64,000 bases of DNA from Bacteroidetes bacterium GWF2_43_63 (lineage in GTDB: Bacteria > Bacteroidota > Bacteroidia > Bacteroidales > DTU049). A program made the translations under genes and the position numbers. Numbering within the stretch: position 1 is the stretch's first letter; the number at the start of each line of letters is the position of its first letter. This document shows, in pieces, positions 16,924 through 28,900 of the stretch. Location: NCBI GenBank assembly GCA_001769275.1, contig MEOQ01000001.1, positions 4,604 to 68,603 on the forward strand, read 5' to 3'. The notes under the pieces are model-generated. The model saw only the letters and a program-made list of their open reading frames with translations, did no database searches and was not told where the DNA came from.

Positions 16924-17526
16924 ATGTTTAGCGGAATTATAGAAACCATGGGCGAAATCACAAAAGTAACCCGCGAAGGAAGCAATATTCATTTCACTGT
17001 AAAATCGGATCTGACCAAGGAATTGAAGATTGATCAGAGCATGAGCCACGATGGGGTTTGTCTCACGGTGGTGAAAGTTGACAAGAAAGCAAAAGAGTAT
17101 GTTGTAACAGCCATTGATGAAACACTCAATAAAACCTGTCTGCGCAACTGGAAGAAAGGCTATGAGGTGAACCTGGAGCGCAGTATGAAAGCCGATGGTC
17201 GCTTCGATGGGCACATTGTTCAGGGACATGTCGATCAAACAGCCACTTGTCTTAAAGTTGAAACCTTTGACGGTAGCTGGAAATATCATTTTGAATACGA
17301 CCCGAAGCTGAATAATTTCACGGTAACCAAAGGTTCAATCAGTGTGAATGGCGTTAGTCTTACAGTGGTTGACAGCAAGCCCGGCAAGTTTTCTGTTGCC
17401 ATTATTCCTTACACTTTCGACAACACCAATTTCCACAATTTCAAAAAAGGAACTGTGGTGAATATTGAATTCGATGTGCTCGGAAAATATATGCAGCGCC
17501 TCATGGAGCAATACAAACAGGCGTAA
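16924..17526 (+). CDS. ribE: riboflavin synthase (alpha chain)
   Basis: MFSGIIETMGEI, DQSMSHDGVCLTV and a second lumazine-binding repeat GSISVNGVSLTV; 200 aa. Confidence 0.9.
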   Translation: MFSGIIETMGEITKVTREGSNIHFTVKSDLTKELKIDQSMSHDGVCLTVVKVDKKAKEYVVTAIDETLNKTCLRNWKKGYEVNLERSMKADGRFDGHIVQGHVDQTATCLKVETFDGSWKYHFEYDPKLNNFTVTKGSISVNGVSLTVVDSKPGKFSVAIIPYTFDNTNFHNFKKGTVVNIEFDVLGKYMQRLMEQYKQA

Positions 17527-17613
17527 GTCGATAGGCGTAAGGCATAAGAAAGGCGTAAGGATTTAGGTGAAAGCTTAAGGCGTAAGAGATTGTTAATAAT
17601 AAACAGAAATAAA

Positions 17614-17967
17614 ATGGCAATTCAAAAATTTGAAGACATAATCGCGTGGCAGAAAGGCCAGGACTTTGCTTATGAAATTTATCTGGAGTTTAAAGATTTG
17701 AGAGATTTTGGATTCAGAGACCAAATACGTAGGGCTGCAGTTTCGATTTCCAACAATATTGCAGAGGGCTTTGATCGCAGGACTGATGCTGATTTCGCTA
17801 GATTTATCTATATAGTAATTGGCTCTTGCAGTGAGGTAAAATCAATGATATATCTTGCTGCAAGATTAAATTATATTGAAAAAGAAAAATCTCAGGTACT
17901 TCTCGAACAAGCCAATGAAATCTCAAAGATTTCTCGTGGATTAGTAAAATCACTAACTAAGAAGTAG
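17614..17967 (+). CDS. four-helix-bundle protein (23S rRNA intervening-sequence protein family, TIGR02436-like)
   Basis: FEDIIAWQKGQDFAYEIY...SISNNIAEGFDRRTDADFARFIYIVIGSCSEVKSMIYLA. The ATG at 17614 is preferred because the track start is a TTG. Confidence 0.8.
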   Translation: MAIQKFEDIIAWQKGQDFAYEIYLEFKDLRDFGFRDQIRRAAVSISNNIAEGFDRRTDADFARFIYIVIGSCSEVKSMIYLAARLNYIEKEKSQVLLEQANEISKISRGLVKSLTKK

Positions 17968-18010
17968 CGATCCTAACGCCAATTTACTTATGCCTAACGC
18001 CTAACGCCTT

Positions 18011-19300
18011 ATGCCTTTTTCTCATCCTCGAAAAATTCCTAAGCTGCTCTACGCCCTCGATGACGGGAGCTATTACGACCATCGCTATCTCGAAGCGGTG
18101 GGTCGCAGCGGCAATGATATTGTGCGTTTGAAGCCTTCAGATTTCATTCCATTGCCAGAAGGTTCTGAAATATTTTTATTGCAGGGACATTCCGCGATCG
18201 GCTTTAACAGCCGTAAGAACGAGATGGAAGTTTTGCAAAACAAAACCGCGCTTAGTGCATTTATCTCGCCGGCACACACGCAGACCTATCTTGCTGCATC
18301 GAAGCAAAGAAGGGATGCCGTTGTATTACCGCTCTATGCCTATTCAGCCGTTGGTTTTCTCGACAACAAATTGTGGGCGACTGCCGTGCGGGTCGATCCG
18401 GATATAAGACAGGACTGCGAGCAATTTAATCAGGAACTGGTAGAAAAAAACGTTGTTGAAGTTAGAAAGAAATTTCCTAAAAACCGACTTCTGGAGCACA
18501 TTGCACATTGTGCAACGGTGTATTATTGTCCGGCTGCACGCAACTTTTTTCTATATCGCTGGGAAGCTCCGCTGCCCACAAGTCCTGCCTGTAATTCCCG
18601 TTGCATTGGTTGTATTTCGTGGCAGCCTAAATCGTCGGGCATCACGTCGCCGCAAAACAGAATTACCTTTGTGCCAACCCCTGAGGAAATTGCAGATTTG
18701 GCGGTTTTTCATATTGCTCATGCGCCCGATCCCATTGTGAGTTTCGGCCAGGGATGCGAGGGTGAGCCACTACAGGTGTGGGAAACAATTCTGGAGTCAA
18801 TTAAGATCATGCGTTCGAAAACAAAGGACGGTATCATTAATCTGAACACCAACGGAAGTAATCCGATGGCCATCGAAAAGCTTATTGATGCTGGCCTCGA
18901 CAGCATTCGAATCAGCATGAACAGTGCTCAGGAAAAGCTGTATAATTTGTATCACAATCCAACCAATTATTCATTTTCCGATTTGGCCGAAAGCTGCAAG
19001 GTGGCTCGCAGAGCTGGAAAATGGGCGTCGCTGAATTATTTTGTTTTCCCCGGAGTAACGGATACACTTGCTGAAACCGAAGCTCTGTGCCGTTTTCTGG
19101 ATGAGAACAATCCAACCATGATTCAATGGCGCAACTTTAATATCGATCCGGATTTGTATGGTAACATCGCCAGGGAATTTACCGGCGATGCGCGCGGTGT
19201 GGCTGCTCTGATTGAAATGATAAAAACGAAATATCCAAAAATGTATAACGGATATTTTAATCCGGGTGTTGCAATTCAGAAAAAGTATTTGTCGCTTTGA
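18011..19300 (+). CDS. radical SAM protein, function unassigned
   Basis: CNSRCIGC is a CX3CX2C cluster motif; 429 aa. Confidence 0.75.
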   Translation: MPFSHPRKIPKLLYALDDGSYYDHRYLEAVGRSGNDIVRLKPSDFIPLPEGSEIFLLQGHSAIGFNSRKNEMEVLQNKTALSAFISPAHTQTYLAASKQRRDAVVLPLYAYSAVGFLDNKLWATAVRVDPDIRQDCEQFNQELVEKNVVEVRKKFPKNRLLEHIAHCATVYYCPAARNFFLYRWEAPLPTSPACNSRCIGCISWQPKSSGITSPQNRITFVPTPEEIADLAVFHIAHAPDPIVSFGQGCEGEPLQVWETILESIKIMRSKTKDGIINLNTNGSNPMAIEKLIDAGLDSIRISMNSAQEKLYNLYHNPTNYSFSDLAESCKVARRAGKWASLNYFVFPGVTDTLAETEALCRFLDENNPTMIQWRNFNIDPDLYGNIAREFTGDARGVAALIEMIKTKYPKMYNGYFNPGVAIQKKYLSL

Positions 19301-19304
19301 TTGT

Positions 19305-19339
19305 TACCCCTCGAAAGGTTTCAAATCCTTCGAGGGGTA
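19305..19339 (+). terminator. strong hairpin directly after the radical SAM gene
   Basis: TACCCCTCGAAaGG tttcaaat CCTTCGAGGGGTA has 13 bp with one bulge and starts 5 nt after the stop. No U-tract. Confidence 0.55.
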
Positions 19340-19673
19340 GTCAATTACATTGGGCGCGCGTCTCCTGACTGCAGCGTTTTACGTTGACGCGTGACCATAA
19401 CTCACCCACAAGCCATTCGAAGAACGTAAGCAGGTTTTAACAAGTCGCACTTCGATACAATGTAGTCTCATGGAGTATGATGCTGAATGCTTCATCACTC
19501 AGTGTGACAGATATATTTAGCCCACTGTCATTCTGAGAACACCAGCAAAACGCGTTTTGCAACCTAAATAAAAAATGACACAAAAGCTGCTGTCACGCTG
19601 AGCCCCGCCGCTGTCACATTGAGCGGAGTCGAAATGTCGATAGCGGGGTAAACTCCGTCGAAGCGTTGGCAGC

Positions 19674-19759
19674 GAAAATCAACAACAAAAAGTCTGTAGT
19701 ATAAGATGAGATCACGGCTCGGAGACCGGGAACTCCATTAGACTTTTTTGTTGATTTTC
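19674..19759. repeat. 86-bp palindromic element
   Basis: The arms gaaaatcaacaacaaaaagtct and agacttttttgttgattttc flank a 44-nt loop. A related half-site is at 34300-34315. Confidence 0.6.
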
Positions 19760-19873
19760 AGAATTTTAAGCACTTGTGTCATTAGCAGTGTTTGAATATC
19801 AGACTTCGAAAAACATAAGACTTCAAATGTATCGAAGAACGACCGTGGGTTTTGTTCGTACTGTGCGATTTCG

Positions 19874-19906
19874 AAAAAAAAAGGCCACATCGCTGTGACC
19901 TTTTTT
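19874..19906. terminator. bidirectional rho-independent terminator downstream of the 2991-aa gene
   Basis: aaaaaaaaaGGCCACAtcgcTGTGACCtttttt, with an A9 run and a T6 run flanking a 7-bp stem that has one mismatch. Confidence 0.65.
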
Positions 19907-19983
19907 CAATCATGACAAACAGTAATTATTGTCTAACGACTTTCTTCTCTGGCGCGGATATGTTATCCGTGACGGAGATTCAT

Positions 19984-22900
19984 TTATTGTCGCACAATTC
20001 TAACGACTTCATTTCCAATTCTAAGGAAATACACACCTGCCGGATACACGCCCAGATCGAATTCTTTCTTCTGCGTCGATCCGTTTAGGTTATTGTATAG
20101 TCCTCTGAACAGCAACTTCCCTTTAGCATCGGTGAGTTCAACAATCGCATCAGCATTTGCTCCGCTTTGGATTATATAAATCATTCCATCTGCCGGATTC
20201 GGGAAAACGCTGAATACAATATTTCCATTTTCATCAATCGCATCGCAAGGCTCAATGGTAATGCTTATTGTATCAGCTGACTCACATCCGTCATTCACGG
20301 TAACACTCACGTCAAATGTGCTAACACCATGTCCGGTTGAATCAACGGTAAAAGTTTGTCCTGTTGCAGCTCCTTCGCTCCAGAGATAGGTGGCGCCTGT
20401 GTTTCCGGCATCAAGAACGATAAATGCATCAGCACAAATGGTGGTGTCGTTTCCTAACCAGACAACTGGAGTTGGATTCACCGTCAATTCAAGAATGTAT
20501 ACACTATCGCATCCTGTCTGGGTTTGCAGACTGTCGTAATAGATTCCTGCAGTTGAGTAATTTGCGGAATGCCAGGTATAGACTTCGCCTTCACACATTG
20601 TGTGTGTTTCAGTAAATTCATAAGTTGAGTTAACTGTGAGTTCTAAAACAAACACACTGTCGCAACCAGTCTGGGTTTGCAAACTATCGTAATAAGTTCC
20701 AGCAACAGAATAATCGTTTCCACGCCATGTGTATATATCTCCCTGGCACACTTCGACTTCGCTCAGTGTGACATAGGCGGGATTTACGGTGAGATTCAGT
20801 ACAAATATACTGTCGCAGCCAGTCTGGGTTTGCAGACTATCGTAATAAGTTCCAGCTACAGAATAATCGTTTCCGCGCCATGAGTAAATTTCTCCATTAC
20901 ATACTTCGACTTCGCTCAGTGTGACATATGAAGGATTGACGGTGAGATTCAGTGTATAAACGCTGTCGCAACCGTTCACTGTAGAGTATGATGCATTGTA
21001 AATTCCACCGGCTGTGTAGGTGTTCCCATGCCATGTGTAACTATCACCATTGCACATTGAATGACTTTCATTGAACGCAAAAGTTGGATTTACGGTCAGA
21101 TTCAGTACAAACACACTGTCGCAGCCAGTCTGGGTTTGCAGACTATCGTAGTAAGTTCCGGCAACAGAATAATCGTTTCCACGCCATGAGTAAACATCTC
21201 CCTGACACACTTCGACTCCGCTCAGTGTGACATAGGCGGGATTTACGGTGAGATTCAGTGTATAAATACTGTCGCAACCACCCGATGAAATGTACGATGC
21301 AGTAAAAGTGCCTGAAGAATTGTACGTGTTTCCATGCCATGTGTATGTTTCTCCGTCGCAAATACTGCTGTTTTCGGTAAATGCAAATCCTGCAACTTCA
21401 GAAAGAGTCAGCTCATAAATGCTGTCGCATCCGTTGATGGTGTTGTAGTATTTGGTATAAACACCGGGTGTTGTGTAAGTGGTTCCATGCCAGATGTACG
21501 CTGATCCCTGACAAATGGAATGACTTTCATTGAAAAGATACGAAGGTGTCACTGAAAGATTCAACGTGTAAATACTGTCGCATCCGTTTACAGTTGTGTA
21601 TGCAGCTGTATAAATGCCTGGCGTTGAATATATGGTCCCATGCCAGATGTAGCTATCTCCCTGGCAAACAGAATGGCTTTCGCTGAAAGCGTATTGTGGA
21701 TTTACAGACAGGTTCAGGGTGTAAACACTATCGCAACCCGTTGAAGAAACATAAGCTGCGGTATAAATTCCCGCAGTATTAAAAGTGTTTCCATGCCAGG
21801 AATAACTTTCGCCAATACAGATGCTGTGATCTTCGGAAAACGTATAGCTGGTAGTTTCTGTGAGGTTCAGGGTATAGGTGCTGTCACATCCGTTTACAGA
21901 AGTGTAGTTTTTTGTATACACACCAGGAGCTGAATAAGTTGTTCCGTGCCATGTATAACTTGATCCCTGACAAATTGCGTGATTTTCGCTGAAAGCATAA
22001 GTTGGACTCACGGTCAGATTAAGCGTATAGATGCTGTCGCAACCGTGAATGGTTGTGTACAGTTTTGTATAAATGCCAGGCAGCGAGTATGTGTTTCCGC
22101 GCCAGGAGATGCTTTGGCCCTGACACATGGTTTGATTTTCATTGAAAGAATAAGTCGGCCAGGTATTCAGATTGAGCGTGTAAGTACTGTCACAACCATG
22201 AATAGTCGAATATGTTCTGGTATAAACGCCAGCTGAAGAGTATGTAGTTCCTTTCCATGTATAGTTGTCTCCTTCGCACATAGTGTGGCTTTCGTTGAAT
22301 GAATATGTTGGATACACTTTCAAATCAAGCGTGTAAACACTGTCGCATCCACCTGCCGAAACATAGCTTGCTGCGTATATTCCCGGGGCGGTATACGTGG
22401 TTCCATGCCACAGATAGGAGCTGCCAACGCACATGTTGTGGATTTCAGAATAAGCATAGCTGGCAATCTCAGTGAGGTTTAGCGTGTAAATACTATCACA
22501 TCCGTGAATGGTCGTGTAGCTTTTTGTGTATACTCCCGGTGATGAATAGGTTGTCCCATGCCAGTTATAGCTCGATCCCTGACAAATTGCTTCATTGTCG
22601 TTGAAATGATAGGTCGGATGAACAACGAGACTCAGCGTATAAGTGCTGTCGCAACCATGAATGGTTGTGTAATGCTTTTGATAGTTGCCAGAGGCCGTAT
22701 AGGTAGTTCCATGCCAGGTGTAGCTTTCGCCGCTACAAATTGCATGATTTTCGTTGAATGAATAAGTGGGGTTCGTAGTCAGGTTCAGAACAAACACGCT
22801 GTCGCAGCCGCTTTGGGATAGCAAACTGTCGTAATAAGTGCCAGCTGTTGAGTACGTATTGCCGCGCCAGAAGAAGCTTTCACCCATACACACTTCGATT

Positions 22901-25900
22901 TCGCTTAGTGTGACATACGAAGGATTGACGGTTAGATTCAGCACAAACACACTGTCGCAGCCGGTTTGTGTAAGCAAACTATCATAGTACGTTCCGGTAG
23001 CAGTGTATGTATCACCGCGCCAGAAGTAGCTTTCACCGTTGCACACTTCGACTCCGCTCAGTGTGACATACGAAGGATTGACTGTTAGATTTAAAACAAA
23101 CACACTGTCACAACCGGATTGCGTAAGCAGACTATCGTAGTATGTTCCGGCAACAGAATAATCGTTTCCACGCCAGGTGTAAGACTCTCCATTGCACACT
23201 TCGACTCCGCTCAGTGTGACATAGTTCGGATTGACGGTCAGATTCAATGTGTATGTACTATCGCATCCGGTAGAGGAAACATATGTTGCAGTATATGTGC
23301 CAGCTGAATTATAGGTGTTTCCTTGCCAGGTGTATGAATCACCAGAACAGATGCTGTGATTTTCGCTGAATGAATACCCGGCAACTTCCGATAGATTGAG
23401 CGTGTAAATACTGTCGCAACCGTGAATGGTTGAATATGTTTTTGTGTATACGCCAGCCGCTGAATACGTGGTTCCATGCCATGTGTAGGATGAGCCCTGA
23501 CAGATGGAATTACTTTCACTGAAAGCGTACGTTGGATTGACAATAAGATTCAGCATAAATACGCTGTCACAGCCGGATTGAGTGAGCAGGCTATCATAAT
23601 AAGTGCCAGCAACGCTGTATGTATTACCGCGCCAGATGTACGTTTCGCCATTGCACACTTCGACTTCGCTCAATGTAAAATATTTTGGGTTGACTGAAAG
23701 ATTCAGTGTATAAATGCTGTCACAGCCATTTACTGTTGTGTATGCAGCGGTATAAGTGCCGGCTGTTGAATACGTCGTTCCATGCCAGGTATAGCTTTGT
23801 CCTTCACAGATGGAATAATTTTCAACATAGGAAAAGACCGGATTCACACTTAGGTTCAGTATGTATGTGCTGTCGCATCCTGACCCGGATGTGTACACAA
23901 CCGGATACGTTCCTGCAGTCGTATACGTGTTGCCCTGCCAGGTGTATGTCTCGCCATCACATATGCTGTGATTTTCAGTGAATGAATATTCGGCAACTTC
24001 AGTCAGATTAAGCGTGTAAATACTGTCGCACCCATGAATGGTTGTATAGTTTTTCACATAGGTTCCGGCAGCGGAATAAGTGGTCCCTTGCCACGTGTAG
24101 GTCGATCCCTGACAGATTGATTTATTTTCACTGAATGAATAAGTGGGATGAACCGTGAGCGACAATGTGTAGGTGCTGTCGCAGCCATTGCTGGTGGTGT
24201 AGGTTTTTGTATAAGTGCCGCTGGTTGTGTACGAGCTTCCATGCCAGTTGTAAGTACTACCCTGACAGATTTCTACCATGTCAAAAAACCCGTAAGCAGG
24301 ATAAACCGTAAGATTGAGGGTGTATGTACTGTCGCACCCATTCACCGTTGTGTAGTTTCTTGTAAAAAATCCTCCCGTTGTGTAATTGCTTCCATGCCAC
24401 ACATAGCTTTCGCCCTGACACATGCTGTAACTTTCGCTGAATGCATAAACCGGATTTACTGTAAGATTCAGAATAAACACACTGTCGCAGCCCGCCTGCG
24501 TTAGCAGACTGTCATAATATGTTCCTGCAACAGAATAGTTGTCACCATGCCATGAATACACTTCGCCCTGACAGACTTCGATTTCGCTCAATGTGACATA
24601 AGTGGGATTGACTGTCAGATTCAGGGTGTAAGTGCTGTCGCAACCTTTAGATGTCAAATAGTTTTTTGTGTAAACTCCGGTTGCCGAATACGTGGTTCCT
24701 TGCCAGGTATAGCTTTCGCCACTGCAGACTGAATGATTTTCGGCGAATGCGTATTCCGGATTTACTGTCAGATTCAGGGTGTAAGTGCTGTCGCAACCTT
24801 TAATTGAAATATAATTTTTCACATAGGTTCCGGCAACGTTGTACGTTGATCCATGCCAGGTGTAACTGTCTCCCGCGCATATGGAGCGGTTCTCCGCATA
24901 TGAGTAGGATGGATTGACTTTAAGATTGAGTGTATAAACACTGTCGCATCCGCCCGATGACACATAGGACGCTGAATAAATTCCGGCAGAAGTATAAGTG
25001 TTGCCATGCCATAAATAGGAGTTGCCCGAGCAAATGGTGTAGGTTTCAGAAAACGCATAGCTTGGAATCTGCGTCAGATTTAATGTATAAATACTGTCGC
25101 ATCCATGCGAAGAAACATAGGGTTTTGTGTAAACACCGGGAGTGGAATAAGTGGTTCCATGCCAGATGTAGCTTGAGCCCTGACAAACTGCGCGATTTTC
25201 GCTGAACGAATATTCCGGATAAACTGTGAGATTTAGTGTGTAAACACTATCGCATCCGTGAATCGTTGTGTAGGTTTTTGTATAAGTTCCCGGTGATGCA
25301 TAAACGCTTCCCTGCCAATTAATAGTTTCACCCTGACAGATAGCCTGATTTTCGTTGAATGCATAAACAGGATTAACCGCAAGATTCAATGTGAATATGC
25401 TGTCGCACCCATGAATGGTTGTGTACGTTTTTGTATATGTTCCTGCGGAGGAATAGGTTGTTCCATGCCAGGTGAAGCTCTGACCCTGACAAATGGAATA
25501 ATTTTCAACATATGAATACTTAGGAAAAACGGTAAGATTGAGCGTGTAAACACTGTCGCAGCCGCCGGTTGAAATATACGTCTTATTATAAATTCCGGAT
25601 GTTGAATACGTTGTTCCCTGCCAGATGTATGATTCTCCGCTACACATGCTGTGGTTTTCCGAAAACGCATACGTCGGAATGGCCGTAAGATTCAGCGTGT
25701 ACGTACTGTCACAACCATTAATGGTGAGATAGTTTTCCGAATACACGCCCGGTGTTGAATACGTGGTTCCATGCCATGTGTAGGACGATCCCTGACAAAT
25801 AGCTTTGTTTTCGCTGTATGAATAAGTTGCATTTACGGAGAGATTCAACGTATAAATGCTGTCGCAACCGTTGACAGTCGTGTAGCTTTTTGTGTATGTT

Positions 25901-28900
25901 CCGGGTGTGGCATACGTGCTGCCATGCCAGGTGTAAGTTTGTCCCTGACACACTTCGACTTCGCTCAGTGTGACATAGGTCGGATAAACGGTCACATTCA
26001 TTGTAACAACCGGAGCACATTGACCAGCGGTTGGGGTGAATGTATAGGTTGCTGTTCCTGCGCTTGCAGTGCTGATTGCAGCGGGGCTCCATGTTCCGGT
26101 AATTCCGTTGGTTGAAGTTGTCGGTAATGTTGCCGGGATTGCTTCTTTGCAATAGGAGCCAGCCTGAACAAAGGCCGGAGTTGTATTTGCATTTACCGTG
26201 ACGCTCATCGTAACTACAGGAGAACAAAGTCCTGCGGCGGGGGTGAACGTATAAACTGTTGTTCCAGCTGTGGCAGTGTTTATTGCAGACGGGCTCCAGG
26301 AGCCACTTACGCCGTTTGTTGATGTTGCTGGTAATGATGCGGGTGTTGCTCCAACACAATAAGGTCCAGGCTGTGTGAATGTCGGTGTTACGACCGGATT
26401 TACAGTAATCGAAAAAACAGTTGAAAACGCTGCAGGGCAGTTTCCACTAACCACTTCGGCCATGAACAGCCATGTTCCGATGGTTGAAATATCTTCGGAC
26501 CATGTTTCATCGGTATTGACAATATCAGTCCAGGTTGTACCCCCGTCATTGCTTGTTTGCCAGCGGGTAATGGTTCCGGTATAACCACTTAGCATAATTG
26601 CTCCGGTATTGCTGCCCGCACAAATGCTTGTATTAGGACCAGTCAATGTTCCGCCCACCGAAACCAGATCGTTGGTTAGTGTTACTGTATTTGATGTTGG
26701 CGAAGTAAGTGATCCATTTACCGTATAACCTTTGTAAGTCCCGGAGGCGAGTCCTGTAAATGTATGCGTGTCTGTTGCCCCAGTCCAGTTGGCAACTGGC
26801 GTTCCACTTCCGGTCTCCAGATAAAATGTTTGATTTGCCGAAACGGTAGAAGATAGTGTAACTGTTCCGGTTCCACAACCCGATGCTGCAGTGGCTGTAA
26901 CAGTAGCTGGAGTCGGACAGTCCATGGTGTGCCAGCCAAGGTGTGTGGCATCGTCAATGGCGTAGGCAGTCCATTCTGCACCAAAGGTTGGAAAACCTGC
27001 CGAAGGATTTGTGGTGACTCCGCCAAAAACAGTACTGTTGCGCACCAGTGTCATATTAAGCATTGACATGGTTCCTGAAGTCCAGGCAGTACCAGGGTCT
27101 TCGCCAATACGTCCCATGATGTCAACATACGAGGCGGTAGAAATTTTGTACAGTGCCAAAGCGTCATCGCCGTTGTAGAAGGTTGCGGTAGTGATGGTGG
27201 TGTCAGTTGTATAAATGGTTGCCAATGAATTTGAATACACTTTTACAGACCCGTTTACCAGCGTTCCGCTCAGCAGATAGTCGGTTGTTGGAGTTGTAGC
27301 GCCGTTCGGATACAGGCGCAACCGATAATCGGAGAGATTTACATCAACCCCTGTTCCATTATAAATTTCGATGTACTTGTTGCTGCTTGATCCTTCCACA
27401 TATTCAGAGATAATAAGGTCAGTGGCACAACCCGCCCCGCCTGCACCACCGGCTATGGTAGAACAAGTTGCAGTTAGTGCTGCAGGCACTGTTTTATAAT
27501 TTACATTCGAAGCGGAATTGGAATACGGATAAATTTTAAAGTAATAAGTTGTTGATGCTGTCAATCCTGAAAAACTAACGCTCTGAATTCCTGCGCTGAT
27601 ATTCTTAACCAGTGTCGCATCCGATTCCGGTGTTCCGTCAACAGGATCAGTAATAGCAGCCAGACTAATGTTGCTGGCTTTGATCAGATATTTATCCGGA
27701 AGAATTGTTCCGATGGCATCGGTCCATGTTAGTGTAATAGATGCGCTGGTGCTGGTTTCGCACGAAAAAGCTGTTGGATGATTTGTGGGTTCCGGTTTTA
27801 GTACAGTATAACTATAGATGGCCGAAGTAGTTGAATTACCGTCATTATCGGTAGCAATAATTCTGTACGTCACAGTTGTCCCTGCAACCTGCGCTGGAAT
27901 GGAGGTTGAAACAATGTAGTTCGGAGCTCCGTTCAGATTCATATTGATGCTGTTGCCGAAGCTGATTCCATCAGTGCACCATTGAAGTACAGCCGTGGAA
28001 ATACTGCCATCATCGGTGATATCAGCCGTAACCGAAACAGTATTAACCGGGCTCGGGAAAAGAGGAGTCTGAATAATATTGGTAATTACTGGAGCAGTTG
28101 AACAGACCGTTGACGTCCATACCAGACACACATATTCCGGATGATCGATGTACGGATTCCGGTTGTGCTGTGGTGTGTTATAGTAAATAGCATTATTTCG
28201 ATTGACTTCTTTTTGGCTCACCGGATCCTGAATATGCCAGCGCACCAGCATATCGATATACCATTGAAGGTAGTTTCCTCCGGTAGTGGTAATGATGTAT
28301 TGTGAATCGTAGGTGTAAGTATTTCTCCAAACACTCAAATAGTTCATATACCGTGTGGCCAGATAAAGATATGCGCGTGCAAAATCGCCTTTGTATTCAT
28401 TGATGGGTTCAAAAACGGAACCTGTAAAACCAGTCAGAGCGCAGGGTCCAACTTTACTTCCATTTGAAGAAGTGTATGTGGGCGCATTTGTTTCGGCAAC
28501 AATGTAATTGCTTTTTCTGTTGTTGACATACTGATCAGTAGGGGGCAGATGATGGAGATCAGAGTACTGAGGATTTGCTGCATTGTCTAAACCGCCCCAC
28601 CAGGAATTTGGCATCTGGTGCTCACGCGAATAACAATCACCTTCTGCACTTGCAGTGCCGCATTGGTCTGTGTATAACGTGAAAGTATAGGCAGGAGTTC
28701 CGCCTGGAATATCTGAATACATATCCCAGATTACGGTGCCCCCGGTTGTTGTTACATCGGTGTAACTATACGCATCCCACACATCGAAGGCTGTGCTTGT
28801 ATAGGGCAGTTTGACATGACCGCTGGTGATTATGTCGCGCAGATTGCCACGCAAAACATCGCCGGTGCCGGTAGCTGAATCGTAGTATCCGGCAGGAATT

